Virus record (IMG/VR): IMGVR_UViG_3300009709_000023
Location: 18,862-82,861 of that record
DNA from: a virus
Taxonomy: Duplodnaviria; Caudoviricetes
Reading direction: 5' to 3' (one strand)
DNA: 64,000 nucleotides
Part shown: positions 10,032-18,566 of the stretch, one piece after another
Numbering within the stretch: position 1 is the first letter of the stretch
Layout: the number at the start of each line of letters is the position of its first letter
The notes under the pieces: generated by a model
What the model saw: the letters and a program-made list of their open reading frames with translations, nothing else
What the model was told of the DNA's origin: nothing
The model's database searches: none
Made by a program: the position numbers and the translations under genes

Positions 10032-10040
10032 GTATTTTAG
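10032..10040 (-). promoter_or_regulatory. CTAAAATAC motif, putative late/phage-specific promoter (also at 3911-3919, 23680-23688; TAAAATAC core at 26290-26297)
   Basis: The same TAAAATAC core lies 1-5 nt upstream of four minus-strand start codons. Confidence 0.55.
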
Positions 10041-10053
10041 ATCGGCATAGTTT

Positions 10054-10063
10054 TGGTATAAGT
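10054..10063 (+). promoter_or_regulatory. TGGTATAAG(T) motif, putative phage promoter (also 16988, 26363, 27367, 33155, 35324, 43128, 45827, 47705)
   Basis: Nine TGGTATAAG copies, all at or next to gene boundaries upstream of plus-strand gene blocks. Confidence 0.75.
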
Positions 10064-10097
10064 AAAGTAGAGAAGAACCCTATTTTAGGAGAATCCT

Positions 10098-10394
10098 ATG
10101 TTCTGTGCATTTCGTTGCCAATGGTTTGAAAAATCAGACGGAGTAGAACAAGCAGATGGTTTTTCCTATGCATTTCGAAGGGATGATTTGGAGCTTTGGA
10201 TTAAAACCCAAAGTAATCCAACATTCTCAGATGTGCTACAATACAGGGCTAGCAAAGTTGAGCTTGTTCGTATAACTTCTGAACTTGCTGAAAATATCTT
10301 TAGGCATCGAGTTTTTAATTGCGGTCTTGAAAATGGGGAAGCCCCTGATCTTGGACTGTTATCAGAATATAAGGCTTCCCTTGGCATCAACTAA
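10098..10394 (+). CDS. Hypothetical protein
   Basis: AGGAG RBS, first gene after the TGGTATAAGT motif. Confidence 0.6.
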   Translation: MFCAFRCQWFEKSDGVEQADGFSYAFRRDDLELWIKTQSNPTFSDVLQYRASKVELVRITSELAENIFRHRVFNCGLENGEAPDLGLLSEYKASLGIN

Positions 10395-10521
10395 CTTCAT
10401 CCCCGACATAATCACTAATCCTCTCACCAATTCCTCCGCCCCAACCCACCATTATACTTGGACTCGTGGGACCGGGTGGGGCGTTATTCCTGTAAACCCT
10501 TTTGATACAGAGAGAACTACC

Positions 10522-11976
10522 ATGGCGCAATCTACGTCTGCATCTGTCACCCCCGTTACTCCAGACCCGAATCGTCCGTATCGCCCGCCGTTGGTTGGAA
10601 CTCCTGACGTTACTATTCAGTACATCTCGGGTCAAATCCAACGAACCAGGGCATCTTCGGGTCAAGAAATTATAGTGCTTTTGACTCGCTTCCTTGAATT
10701 CGCAACGGCTAGGCCAACAGGCAGTATGACTTACTCCATGCTTGAACCTCCTCGTTGGCAGAATGCTGAAGAAGGATACCCTTTCGAATTGGTAATTTAT
10801 GGTAATAATCTACCGGCGGATTTAGCAAGCACTCAACAGGCACTTCGCCTCCTGATCAGCGGCTGTCCGGATATGATCTTTTCCAACACCATGGAAGGTC
10901 CGTCTGGAGAAAGCTCAATACCGAATATTTTCTTTACACCCGGTAGAGTCAAGTTCCTTCAAAACTTGGAGATTTTTGATACTCCATGTGGATTCGGTCT
11001 GAAGGGAAATTTCATGCTTAGGCGGTCGGCTACCAGGTATTACGCCTACCCTTTCAAGGTTCATATTGTTAAGTTATCAGACCAATCTTTGCAATTGTTT
11101 CACAGTCATATTGCGTTTAGTGGAGATCTGGAGAAGCTCATAGACAAAATGCTGGAGTACTGGGACCTAAAACTTGACAGAAGCATGATGGGGGCCGATT
11201 ATTCGTCTCTTTCTATGAACTATGATGGAGAAGATGTTTTTCTTACCCGTGGAAATTCTGTAATGAATTTTCTGCCCAACATTACTACTTCTATGTTTAG
11301 CGGCCTTTCGACAGAAGCGATTGTTAATTGTCTCAAAACCCTGAGGTTTTGCACGTCCGAGTCTTTGATTTACGCCCTGGGAAAGTTAGAACCAAACAAC
11401 CAACTACGTAAAGCAATTAGCACTCAGGTCAGTGGAAATACTGTACGTGGTGCTGACTATCACTATCCGTCCCCCCTAGATGAAGAAGCCAGACGAGAGG
11501 GGTTTAAAACATGGCTCGTTAGTTTGCTTCAGCAACGTTCCTTAGGCCCTCGTAATTTGCACGAGGATCCTGCCATGAAATGGGGCCTGGGGTATATCTC
11601 TGAATTGGAAAGGAGCAAGCAAACGGTCGGTGTCGTTGAAAACCGAATCAGTAACGCCGTCGGTAAAGAGGTATATAATAAGTTGGTAACACCGAAGTCC
11701 AAATTGGCGGTATTGGACGAGTACATCGCCCGTATCGAAGCTCAAGGTCTGGATTTCATGCACATCTCTGAAGGCCGGCTCGAACTTGATTTCATCGAGT
11801 TTGCTCAAGAAAAAGGCTTACCACTTCCTGATGAAGTCATAAACAAGGAAGAATTGGTTAGCAAACCTGAAGAGAAAGCTTCGATGCTACTCGTTGAAGC
11901 TGGAAGTAGCACTAAGTGTGATGTTAAGGATAACCCGGCTCCAATATGGGGTAAGGTTAAGGTAAGCGCCATTTAG
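10522..11976 (+). CDS. Large hypothetical protein (likely start 10522; track start 10285)
   Basis: Long ORF followed by a terminator; no recognisable motif. Confidence 0.65.
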   Translation: MAQSTSASVTPVTPDPNRPYRPPLVGTPDVTIQYISGQIQRTRASSGQEIIVLLTRFLEFATARPTGSMTYSMLEPPRWQNAEEGYPFELVIYGNNLPADLASTQQALRLLISGCPDMIFSNTMEGPSGESSIPNIFFTPGRVKFLQNLEIFDTPCGFGLKGNFMLRRSATRYYAYPFKVHIVKLSDQSLQLFHSHIAFSGDLEKLIDKMLEYWDLKLDRSMMGADYSSLSMNYDGEDVFLTRGNSVMNFLPNITTSMFSGLSTEAIVNCLKTLRFCTSESLIYALGKLEPNNQLRKAISTQVSGNTVRGADYHYPSPLDEEARREGFKTWLVSLLQQRSLGPRNLHEDPAMKWGLGYISELERSKQTVGVVENRISNAVGKEVYNKLVTPKSKLAVLDEYIARIEAQGLDFMHISEGRLELDFIEFAQEKGLPLPDEVINKEELVSKPEEKASMLLVEAGSSTKCDVKDNPAPIWGKVKVSAI

Positions 11977-12001
11977 GAAGAGCTGTCTGAAGTAAAATAA
12001 G

Positions 12002-12037
12002 AGCTAGGCCTGATGTATTTACGGCCTAGCTTTTTTT
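12002..12037 (+). terminator. Intrinsic terminator
   Basis: AGCTAGGCC / GGCCTAGCT stem followed by a T-run. Confidence 0.75.
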
Positions 12038-12054
12038 AGTTTTTCTCACTCACG

Positions 12055-13965
12055 ATGCCCTACGAAACTGCCCATCCGGTTGAACATGAACATCAGCTCA
12101 AACCTGGGACTGAAATTCTGTTTACCCGTCAACGCCATGAAGCTGAGCGTATGGGCTTACATTGGGATTACCGACTGGTAGTTGGGAATTTAGCTTACAG
12201 TTGGGCTACTAAAAAACCAATGCCAGAGCCAGGTAAAAGCATCGTTCTCTTTGAGCAACCGATTCATGACAAAGACTATGCCCTGAGTCCAAAAGTTGTT
12301 ATCCCTACTGGTAGTTATGGTGCTGGTGTTACTTACCTTGACTTTGTACGCAAAGCAAAGATCGGGGACAGTAGCACACAAAAACAAATGACAATCGTCA
12401 CCCATGACGGTGAGAAGTATTTGCTAAAGCATATTCCTGATACTCAATGGGGAGAGAAAGCTTGGTTGTTCCGTAATCTTGGGACAACAGGTAATAAGTA
12501 TTTGGAAAAGGCTGCTAAGCAAACACAGACTCAAAAACAAACTCCTCTTCAACCGCATCAAATTCGTGCGCTTGAAAAGTTGGAAGATGAGGGTGGTCTT
12601 GTAATGAATCACAGCACGGGCTCAGGGAAAACCCGAGTTATGCTTGAGGCTATTCGCCGCGCCCAACAAAAAGATAAAAACGCAAGAGTATTTATGGCTA
12701 CGCCAGCTTCATTACTACATAACGTAGATAAAGAAATTAAAAAGCATGGCATCCCCATTGATAAAAAGCGACTCGACTTATATTCATTCCAGAAAGCGAC
12801 TAGAAATGCAGATCAGCTTCGTAAAAATAAATACGCATTAGCAGTCGTGGACGAAGCCCATGGTCTCCGCAATGAAAGCACAAAGCGAACCCAAGAACTT
12901 CGAGACATTATAGAAGGATCTGATCAACGTCTTTTAGCTACTGCAACGTCTAACTACAATGCTATTAGCGATATGTCAACTTTGGTTAACATTGCCGCTG
13001 CTGATAAAGTGTTGCCTGAATCTAAGCGAGATATGTATGATAAATATGTGGAGACCTACAAAAAGCCTCGGGGACTCATCAGCACCATTTTACGTCATCA
13101 AGCCGACGAAGGCCAGCGGTTGAGAAACAAAAAGAAACTTCAGAGTGTCCTGGGTAAATACGTTGATTATTATGATACTAAGGACTCCGCTAATGGCCGT
13201 AGCCATTTCCCTAAAAAGACAGAGGAAACAATTGAAACGGAAATGTCTCCTGAACAAATGAAGTATTACAAATACGTTGAAGGAGACTTGCCTCTTTTAC
13301 TTAAATTTAAAATTCGTCACAATCTTCCATTGGATAAAAAGGAAAAGGCAAGCTTAAATAGTTTCTCCACAGGGGTGCGCCAAGCCTCCAATTCGTATAG
13401 GCATTTGCATCAGCATGGGGAAGATCTGCCGTACACACCAAAAATTGAAGCCGCTACTAAAAAACTTCAAGAAGCGATTAAGGCTAACCCACGCCATAAA
13501 GCCTTGGTGTATTCTAATTATCTTGACGCCGGTTTGAACGAATACTCCAACAAGCTTAATAAACTTGGGATTAAGCACGGTAAATACACAGGGGAACTTT
13601 CCAAGGAAGAGAAGCATAAACTAGTCGAAGATTACAACAAAGGTAAGCTTCCAGTGATGCTCATTTCTTCAAGTGGTTCTGAAGGTCTTGACACGAAAGG
13701 TACAAGGCAAATTCAAATTCTTGAACCGCATTTTAACAAGAGCAAAATTAAGCAGGTAATTGGTCGTGGAGTTCGTTACAATTCCCATGAGCATTTACCA
13801 GAAAAAGAAAGAGAGGTTCATGTTGAACATTATCTTTCAACATATCCTAAGAGTCATTTCGGTAAAACGCCTTATAGTATTGATAAATATTTGAGTGAAA
13901 ATGCTGAAGACAAAGACGAACTATTTAACGAAGTAAACGGACTAATGCGTGAGAACAATGAATAA
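12055..13965 (+). CDS. LigD-type 3'-phosphoesterase (PE) domain fused to an SF2 (SNF2-like) helicase
   Basis: N-terminal RHEAERMGLHWDYRL...SWATKK...IHDKDYA...IPTGSYGAG matches the LigD PE signature. Linker NKYLEKAA. Then HSTGSGKT, DEAH, ATAT, SEGLD, QVIGRGVR. Confidence 0.8.
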   Translation: MPYETAHPVEHEHQLKPGTEILFTRQRHEAERMGLHWDYRLVVGNLAYSWATKKPMPEPGKSIVLFEQPIHDKDYALSPKVVIPTGSYGAGVTYLDFVRKAKIGDSSTQKQMTIVTHDGEKYLLKHIPDTQWGEKAWLFRNLGTTGNKYLEKAAKQTQTQKQTPLQPHQIRALEKLEDEGGLVMNHSTGSGKTRVMLEAIRRAQQKDKNARVFMATPASLLHNVDKEIKKHGIPIDKKRLDLYSFQKATRNADQLRKNKYALAVVDEAHGLRNESTKRTQELRDIIEGSDQRLLATATSNYNAISDMSTLVNIAAADKVLPESKRDMYDKYVETYKKPRGLISTILRHQADEGQRLRNKKKLQSVLGKYVDYYDTKDSANGRSHFPKKTEETIETEMSPEQMKYYKYVEGDLPLLLKFKIRHNLPLDKKEKASLNSFSTGVRQASNSYRHLHQHGEDLPYTPKIEAATKKLQEAIKANPRHKALVYSNYLDAGLNEYSNKLNKLGIKHGKYTGELSKEEKHKLVEDYNKGKLPVMLISSSGSEGLDTKGTRQIQILEPHFNKSKIKQVIGRGVRYNSHEHLPEKEREVHVEHYLSTYPKSHFGKTPYSIDKYLSENAEDKDELFNEVNGLMRENNE

Positions 13966-14941
13966 GTATTTAGAAAAAATTGCAGAAGATGATGAAGAAA
14001 AAAAGCCGGTGAATGCCTTTGGAAAACTTGGGATAGGTTACTTAGGGGCTTCTCTTGGACTCGGTGCGAGTGTCGTTACAAATAAACCTTTGACAAGGGA
14101 TATCATACATCAAAGTAACAACGAGCATGGTATTTCTGACCATGGTACTGTCAAGAAATTTATGCGAGATAATAACTTTAATAAGCATAATATGACGTTG
14201 AATCATCGTATGCATATTACGAAAAAACTTCCTGAGAGTTTCCAGTATCTTCATCAAAATCACCATAGTCCCGCAGAGCTTACTGATCCCCATACAGGCA
14301 GACATATTCTGTTAGGTATGAGGGATAAAAAAACCGGAAAACTTCGTAATTTAGATGTTGCAATGCATGAACTTGGTCATGCTAAAGATTTCCGCACGCA
14401 TACTGAACTAAAGCATAAAGCACAGATTATTGGAAATACTAAAGGTAATCATGCAGCTATGTTGGGAGTCGCTGCAATGTCCAACGAAGACACTAGACAC
14501 TACGCTCCTCTTGTCGCTGCCGTTCCGGGTGCTATTGTCCTTCGTTCGGAAGCTGCGGCAAATTATCATGCTTATCATGGTATTAAAGCTCACAAAGGAG
14601 CTAAGGCGGCAAATAAATTTTTAACTCGTATGGTTCCTAAACAAATGGCAGGGTATGTTGCAGGAACTCTCGGCCCTGCGGCTGGTTTATATGGTGCCAA
14701 TAAACTTATTGACTATGTTCATAAAAAGCGTGGTATTGATAAGCAAGCTGAAATGTCCGACATGGAAGCCGCTCGTGAATTTCATCATGCTGAAGAAGAT
14801 GATGTCAAGAAATACGAAGAGGCTAAAAAGACGGCAAAAAATCCTAAGCTATTAAAGGCTATTAACTATGCCCTTCCAGAAGAAAAGATCCATGCTCGTT
14901 TGTTTGGTGAAGCATTGAAAGACGAAGAAAAAAGTGAATAA
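13958..14941 (+). CDS. Zinc metallopeptidase-like protein with NKYLEKIA tag (likely start 13958)
   Basis: HELGH motif with downstream SEAAAN (third-ligand Glu candidate); Gly-rich hydrophobic segments. Confidence 0.65.
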   Translation: MNKYLEKIAEDDEEKKPVNAFGKLGIGYLGASLGLGASVVTNKPLTRDIIHQSNNEHGISDHGTVKKFMRDNNFNKHNMTLNHRMHITKKLPESFQYLHQNHHSPAELTDPHTGRHILLGMRDKKTGKLRNLDVAMHELGHAKDFRTHTELKHKAQIIGNTKGNHAAMLGVAAMSNEDTRHYAPLVAAVPGAIVLRSEAAANYHAYHGIKAHKGAKAANKFLTRMVPKQMAGYVAGTLGPAAGLYGANKLIDYVHKKRGIDKQAEMSDMEAAREFHHAEEDDVKKYEEAKKTAKNPKLLKAINYALPEEKIHARLFGEALKDEEKSE

Positions 14942-15098
14942 GTATCTTGAAAAGCTTGCAGTAAGACTCCATTTATACGTTCATTCTCAAGATGAAACTA
15001 AGAAGAGGTGGGTGGAGGAAGGAAAGTCTGTTCCAGAAGGATATGTAAAGGCTGGTCCTACTTTCTATCGCCGCAAAGGTCAAGGTAAAAAGAAATGA
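14934..15098 (+). CDS. 54-aa basic protein with NKYLEKLA tag (not in the ORF track)
   Basis: GTG-start hand translation MNKYLEKLAVRLHLYVHSQDETKKRWVEEGKSVPEGYVKAGPTFYRRKGQGKKK; overlaps both neighbours. Confidence 0.7.
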   Translation: MNKYLEKLAVRLHLYVHSQDETKKRWVEEGKSVPEGYVKAGPTFYRRKGQGKKK

Positions 15099-16012
15099 AT
15101 TTGATTTCCAGAAAAGAAGCTAAAGCGCAAGGATTAAAATTTTATTTCACTGGTAAACCATGCAAGCACCGGCATGTTTGTCCTAGACGCGTTTCTAGCA
15201 AGTGCTGTACAGGCTGTGAAAAACAGTTTTATGATAAAAACAAAACTGAAATACTAAAGTCACGAGTTGAATATTCTAAACGCAATAAAAATAAAATTTC
15301 TGAATACCAAAAGAAATATCGAGAAAACAACAAAAATAGAACTTCCGAATATCTAACTGACTATTTTCAAAAAAATAAAGAAGAAATTTACCTTCAGCGT
15401 CGTCAATATATAGAAAGAAATAAAGCCTATTTTTTTAACTGGCATTCTGAATATAGAGAAAAACATAGAGACATATTCAATGTTCGTTCATCGATAAGAA
15501 GGGCTATTAAATTACAGGCAATACCTACTTGGGCAAATAAAACAGAAATACATGAATTTTATAAAGATGCAGTTCGTATAAGTTATGAAACTGGTGTTAA
15601 ATACAATGTTGATCATATTGTCCCATTACAATCAGATTTTGTTTGTGGATTACACTGGGAAGGAAATTTGCAAATTCTAACAAAAACTGAAAATCTCTCA
15701 AAAAGCAATAGACATTGGCCTGACATGCCAGATACTTCTGACCCAGAAATTAAACACTTAGTAAAACAATTTAAAAAAATGAATAAATATTTATCAAAAA
15801 TAGCAGAAGCATATGATGTTGTAGAAGGTAATAACGGGGCGTCTATTGGTCGAAAAGGCGGCTCTACTCTAGATGGTAAAGACCAAAAAACAACTCCTGC
15901 CTCTGTACGTAACAGAATGCTCGAAGCTGGGAGGGCCAGTGATCCGGACCAACCTGTAAATATGGGTTCAGTGACTGGTGGCTATAGCGATCCAGGCATT
16001 CTGGGCTCCTAA
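15095..16012 (+). CDS. HNH endonuclease read in frame into a 77-aa NKYLSKIA-tagged protein (internal ATG 15779)
   Basis: FYFTGKPCKHRH...C..C; YNVDHIVPLQSDFVCGLHWEGN; WPDMPDTSDPE; then MNKYLSKIAE. Confidence 0.8.
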   Translation: MNLISRKEAKAQGLKFYFTGKPCKHRHVCPRRVSSKCCTGCEKQFYDKNKTEILKSRVEYSKRNKNKISEYQKKYRENNKNRTSEYLTDYFQKNKEEIYLQRRQYIERNKAYFFNWHSEYREKHRDIFNVRSSIRRAIKLQAIPTWANKTEIHEFYKDAVRISYETGVKYNVDHIVPLQSDFVCGLHWEGNLQILTKTENLSKSNRHWPDMPDTSDPEIKHLVKQFKKMNKYLSKIAEAYDVVEGNNGASIGRKGGSTLDGKDQKTTPASVRNRMLEAGRASDPDQPVNMGSVTGGYSDPGILGS

Positions 16013-16022
16013 AAATAAGATC

Positions 16023-16970
16023 ATGAACAAATACTTGACCAAATTGGCTAGTGACGGAATTATCAAAACCGAACATGGTGAAAAAATTCCTTATGAGCGC
16101 CACAAATATGTGGAGAAAGATTGGTCACATCTAGAAAATCCTGTCGGGTCTAATAAATTCGATGGGGCTCATTTCTTTTTAGTTGTTCAACCAGACGGAA
16201 CATTTAAGTATTATTCCCGTAGAGAGAGCGTTAAGGGGCATCATCCTGAACGTTCTGCTCAAATTCCTCATCTCAACGCCAAGCCTTTGCCTGAATACGC
16301 TGGTGATGTGCTCTCTACAGAGTTGATCCATACTGGCTTTTATAAGAACAAGAAAGAATCCCACCCAAAAGTATCAGGGATTCTGAATTCTCTCAAGGAC
16401 CGGGCTATTGCAACTCAAAAAGAAACTGGTCCCGTCCGTGCCGTCCTCCTAGATGTCAAGGATCATAACCTTCCAACTTTCGGATCGAAGATTGATTACC
16501 TAAAAAAGTTTGAACAAGCATATGGTAATTCAGACGTCCTTTACACCCCTAAATTTGTTGAGGGCAAAGAAAACATCAACAAGTACCTTCAGCAAGTTTC
16601 GTCTAAAGGCAGCGAAGGTATCATCGTAACAGATAAGAATATTCCTGAATCAGAGAACGTTCGTTACAAAGTTAAAAACTACAATACTTATAACTTGAAG
16701 GTTATCGGGTTTCAACAAGAAGTAGACATTCATGGTAATCTTAAAAAGTCCATGGGTGCCCTCCTCCTGGCCGACGCGACTGGACGGTTCGTTGGCAAAG
16801 TCGGAACAGGATTTGATCGTAAGACACGGATAGAATCCTGGAATAATCAACCCCTTTGGATTGGTCGGCAAATCCAAGTTAAAGCATATCCACCTAGTAA
16901 ACATATGGGTCATATCCGTTTTCCTATTTATAACGGTGAACCTGATGGTCAACTTGACACAATAATTTAG
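16023..16970 (+). CDS. ATP-dependent DNA ligase with NKYLTKLAS tag (likely start 16023)
   Basis: KFDG adenylation motif, EGIIV, VKNY, OB-fold GKVGTGFD and RFPIY. Confidence 0.9.
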   Translation: MNKYLTKLASDGIIKTEHGEKIPYERHKYVEKDWSHLENPVGSNKFDGAHFFLVVQPDGTFKYYSRRESVKGHHPERSAQIPHLNAKPLPEYAGDVLSTELIHTGFYKNKKESHPKVSGILNSLKDRAIATQKETGPVRAVLLDVKDHNLPTFGSKIDYLKKFEQAYGNSDVLYTPKFVEGKENINKYLQQVSSKGSEGIIVTDKNIPESENVRYKVKNYNTYNLKVIGFQQEVDIHGNLKKSMGALLLADATGRFVGKVGTGFDRKTRIESWNNQPLWIGRQIQVKAYPPSKHMGHIRFPIYNGEPDGQLDTII

Positions 16971-17052
16971 TCCACCGTTGTTCAATTTGGTATAAGAAAA
17001 GTATAGAGAGAGGATCTATTCTCTACTAACCCTTAATCAACCAGGAGCAATA

Positions 17053-17196
17053 ATGGAATCCAAGACGTTTAACAAAGTAGCTACTGGAGTCGTCGTTGCA
17101 ATGACGGCTGCATTGTCGGCTGCATGGTTTTTGGTGTTGGCTAATGCTGTCGCAGTTGGCTACACCGTCGGACTCAAGGACAAGAGCGATGTTTAA
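17053..17196 (+). CDS. 47-aa membrane peptide (not in the track)
   Basis: AGGAG RBS; MESKTFNKVATGVVVAMTAALSAAWFLVLANAVAVGYTVG... Confidence 0.6.
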   Translation: MESKTFNKVATGVVVAMTAALSAAWFLVLANAVAVGYTVGLKDKSDV

Positions 17197-17347
17197 TAAC
17201 ATCAAAACCTCACCCGCTGTTTCACAAGCTCTCGGCATTGGATTAGGTGCATTGAGTTTTGCACTTATGGTCGGGTTCGGTTGGGCTGCCGCAACGGTCA
17301 TCGGGGTCTCCATGCAAGCGGGCCTGGATGGCAAATTTACCAAGTAA
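17189..17347 (+). CDS. Small membrane protein (likely start 17189)
   Basis: Overlaps the previous stop; hydrophobic ALGIGLGALSFALMVGFGW segment. Confidence 0.55.
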   Translation: MFNNIKTSPAVSQALGIGLGALSFALMVGFGWAAATVIGVSMQAGLDGKFTK

Positions 17348-17357
17348 GGAGCAAACC

Positions 17358-17543
17358 ATGCTGGATGGAAACAAGATCATCATCACTCCCATCGAAGGCG
17401 GTGGATTTGAGGTAAGCGAAGAAGCAGAACCGATTACCGTGGAAGATATTGCAGCCGGCATTGGTTCAGTTGTTGTAACGTGCGTTATGGTCCTAGCCGT
17501 GTGCTGGATGATGGATCGGGTTATTAGTTCGGTTACCCGTTAA
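17358..17543 (+). CDS. Small membrane protein (likely start 17358)
   Basis: AAGGAG RBS; C-terminal hydrophobic helix. Confidence 0.6.
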   Translation: MLDGNKIIITPIEGGGFEVSEEAEPITVEDIAAGIGSVVVTCVMVLAVCWMMDRVISSVTR

Positions 17544-17605
17544 GAGTATGGACGGGCCGTGGGTAGCGGCCCTTACTAAATCCCAAATAATGGAGTTTTA
17601 TAACC

Positions 17606-18205
17606 ATGGGCAAGCTGAGCAATACGACGTCTGCAGTATTCGAATTTATTCACGATCAAACCGTTGAACATGCCAACGGGAATCGCCTGCATGAGTTCGA
17701 TATCGTGAAACGGTTTACACCGATAATCGGTCACGCAAATACTATACACGTTTTGGAACGACTCGCAAAGAAGCATCATGTCTTGAAGTCGACTTCCACT
17801 CAGAAAACGGCACGAGGCCGGGCGACGCATTATTATCGTGCTAATCCGGAAAATTTGTATTATGACACCGGAGTTGGACGAAAGCCGGCGCAGGAAGTAT
17901 TGAAAAAGTTGGAAAAACTCCGGGATGTTCCCCTCGGTAGGGATAAGGTAGCAGTCGAGGAAGAACAAGATTCTCAAATTCCGGATGTTTCAGAATCTCC
18001 AGCCAATACCGTACAGACCAGCGGTATTGTGGAGTCCTTGGATCAGGCAAAAGTTTTGAGCTTGGTTCAAGGTATCAGTGAGCAGAATGGCAGAGATTCT
18101 GTCTCACTGGCGTTAGACCTCGGTAACACCCGTACCGAGATAGTAGACGTTGATACGGCATACAAGCTGTACCTCGGTCTAAAAGCCGTCTTCGGACCTA
18201 AGTAA
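17606..18205 (+). CDS. Hypothetical protein, possible N-terminal winged-helix DNA-binding domain
   Basis: GGAG RBS; helical N-terminus followed by a GRATHYY wing-like strand. Confidence 0.5.
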   Translation: MGKLSNTTSAVFEFIHDQTVEHANGNRLHEFDIVKRFTPIIGHANTIHVLERLAKKHHVLKSTSTQKTARGRATHYYRANPENLYYDTGVGRKPAQEVLKKLEKLRDVPLGRDKVAVEEEQDSQIPDVSESPANTVQTSGIVESLDQAKVLSLVQGISEQNGRDSVSLALDLGNTRTEIVDVDTAYKLYLGLKAVFGPK

Positions 18206-18555
18206 CACGGTCTGTCGGCTAGACCCCCCTTCGCCTCAATCCGGAGATTGGTTGAGGAACCAAAGGACAAGTTGAAAAGGTCTCTCAATAAGTCAGAAGG
18301 GTTGTAGTTGACATTCTTAAAGGCGTGGTAAGCACTGCTTAAACCCTCCGGGGGCCGGAAGGAGGCAGTGCTGCCAATGCTACCTAAAACATTAAGCATG
18401 GGATGCTTAACTACTTCGGGTTCGTTGAAAAATGAATACAGTAACAAATACTGGTGTTCAAACAACAAGTGCTTCGGTGACGAAGCTAGAAGTATCAACC
18501 AAGGTTAAGTAAGGACCAACCCTCACTTAATAAACCCGCCGCAAGGCGGGGATTG
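18206..18555 (+). ncRNA. Candidate structured noncoding RNA
   Basis: About 350 nt between convergent genes with several hairpins, including GCTTCG-GTGA-CGAAGC and CCCGCC-GCAA-GGCGGG (GNRA loops on +). Confidence 0.4.
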
Positions 18556-18566
18556 TTTATATTGAA

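Noticed and set aside
10522-11976. Chimallin / phage nucleus shell
   Set aside because: No recognisable similarity, and the RNAP is not phiKZ-like; unsupported without a search.
12055-16970. Complete Ku-LigD NHEJ pathway
   Set aside because: No Ku or LigD polymerase domain in the window; only PE, helicase and ligase are supported.
18067-18498. 143-aa minus-strand ORF
   Set aside because: Overlaps 17606-18205 antisense, has no RBS and a TTG-type start, and lies over a hairpin-rich region; probably non-coding.
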